DNA of 63,171 bases, the filler included, from Octopus bimaculoides (Eukaryota): NCBI RefSeq assembly GCF_001194135.2. It is 5 parts of 4 records of this genome, joined end to end, with 100 filler letters (N's around TTAATTAATTAA, not from the genome) between each part and the next. Parts side by side here need not be neighbours in the genome. Positions count along the whole stretch, not along the records: positions 40,939 to 63,171 come from NC_068984.1; 4 more parts are not named here. The stretch is one strand, 5' to 3'. The notes beneath the pieces were generated by a model. That model saw nothing but the letters and a program-made list of their open reading frames with translations, had not been told where the DNA came from and ran no database searches. Shown here in pieces: positions 62,882 through 63,171 of this stretch (position 1 is the first letter of the stretch; every line of letters begins with the position of its first letter). Made by a program: the position numbers and the translations under genes.

Positions 62882-63171
62882 CTGGAAAGGAAATAGAAGT
62901 GAAAGTATGTAGAATATATACAAGGTGATAGTAAGTGAATAAAAAAAAAGCGTTATTTTAAAATGTGAATTAATAAATATTCTGCTAAAATCAACAGTAA
63001 AAATGAAAGCTTGAAGGAAATATCTAGAAAGTTGTACTAGTAGATAGATAGATAAATAGATAGATAGATAGATGTGAGAAAAATGCCATTTCACTAGAAG
63101 GTAAGTAAATAGATGAACAGATAAAATTGTGAACATCTGCATGTGTATACTTACATACATACATATATATA

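Noticed and set aside
62879-63160. Hydrophobic 93-aa minus ORF (possible transmembrane protein)
   Set aside because: T-rich intron-like sequence plus (TATC)n gives hydrophobic translations by composition; it reads better as a polypyrimidine tract.

Overview
AT-rich, microsatellite-saturated eukaryotic (animal) DNA with many N gaps. The SINE, LINE and mariner repertoire looks like Octopus (inference from recognised repeats, not a database match). Four artificial 100-bp spacers (44 N + TTAATTAATTAA + 44 N) split the window into five joined pieces: 1-13562, 13663-24326, 24427-36055, 36156-40838 and 40939-63171. I find no complete, identifiable protein-coding gene. Almost all listed ORFs are microsatellite or N-run artefacts. 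What can be supported is mostly transposon debris: three tRNA-derived SINE families (about 30 copies or fragments), RTE LINE fragments with a PHD-type zinc finger inside the RT region, an R4/Dong LINE fossil next to a (TAA)n tract, and Penelope-like fragments, one ending in a near-canonical hammerhead ribozyme. There are also mariner and MULE transposase fossils, Helitron-like elements and MITEs. Several long inverted-repeat or foldback structures have no family I can name. The 24.4-40.8 kb block is a CpG-depleted nest of transposons. A handful of small splice-site-flanked exon candidates lie on the minus strand; their product is unknown.
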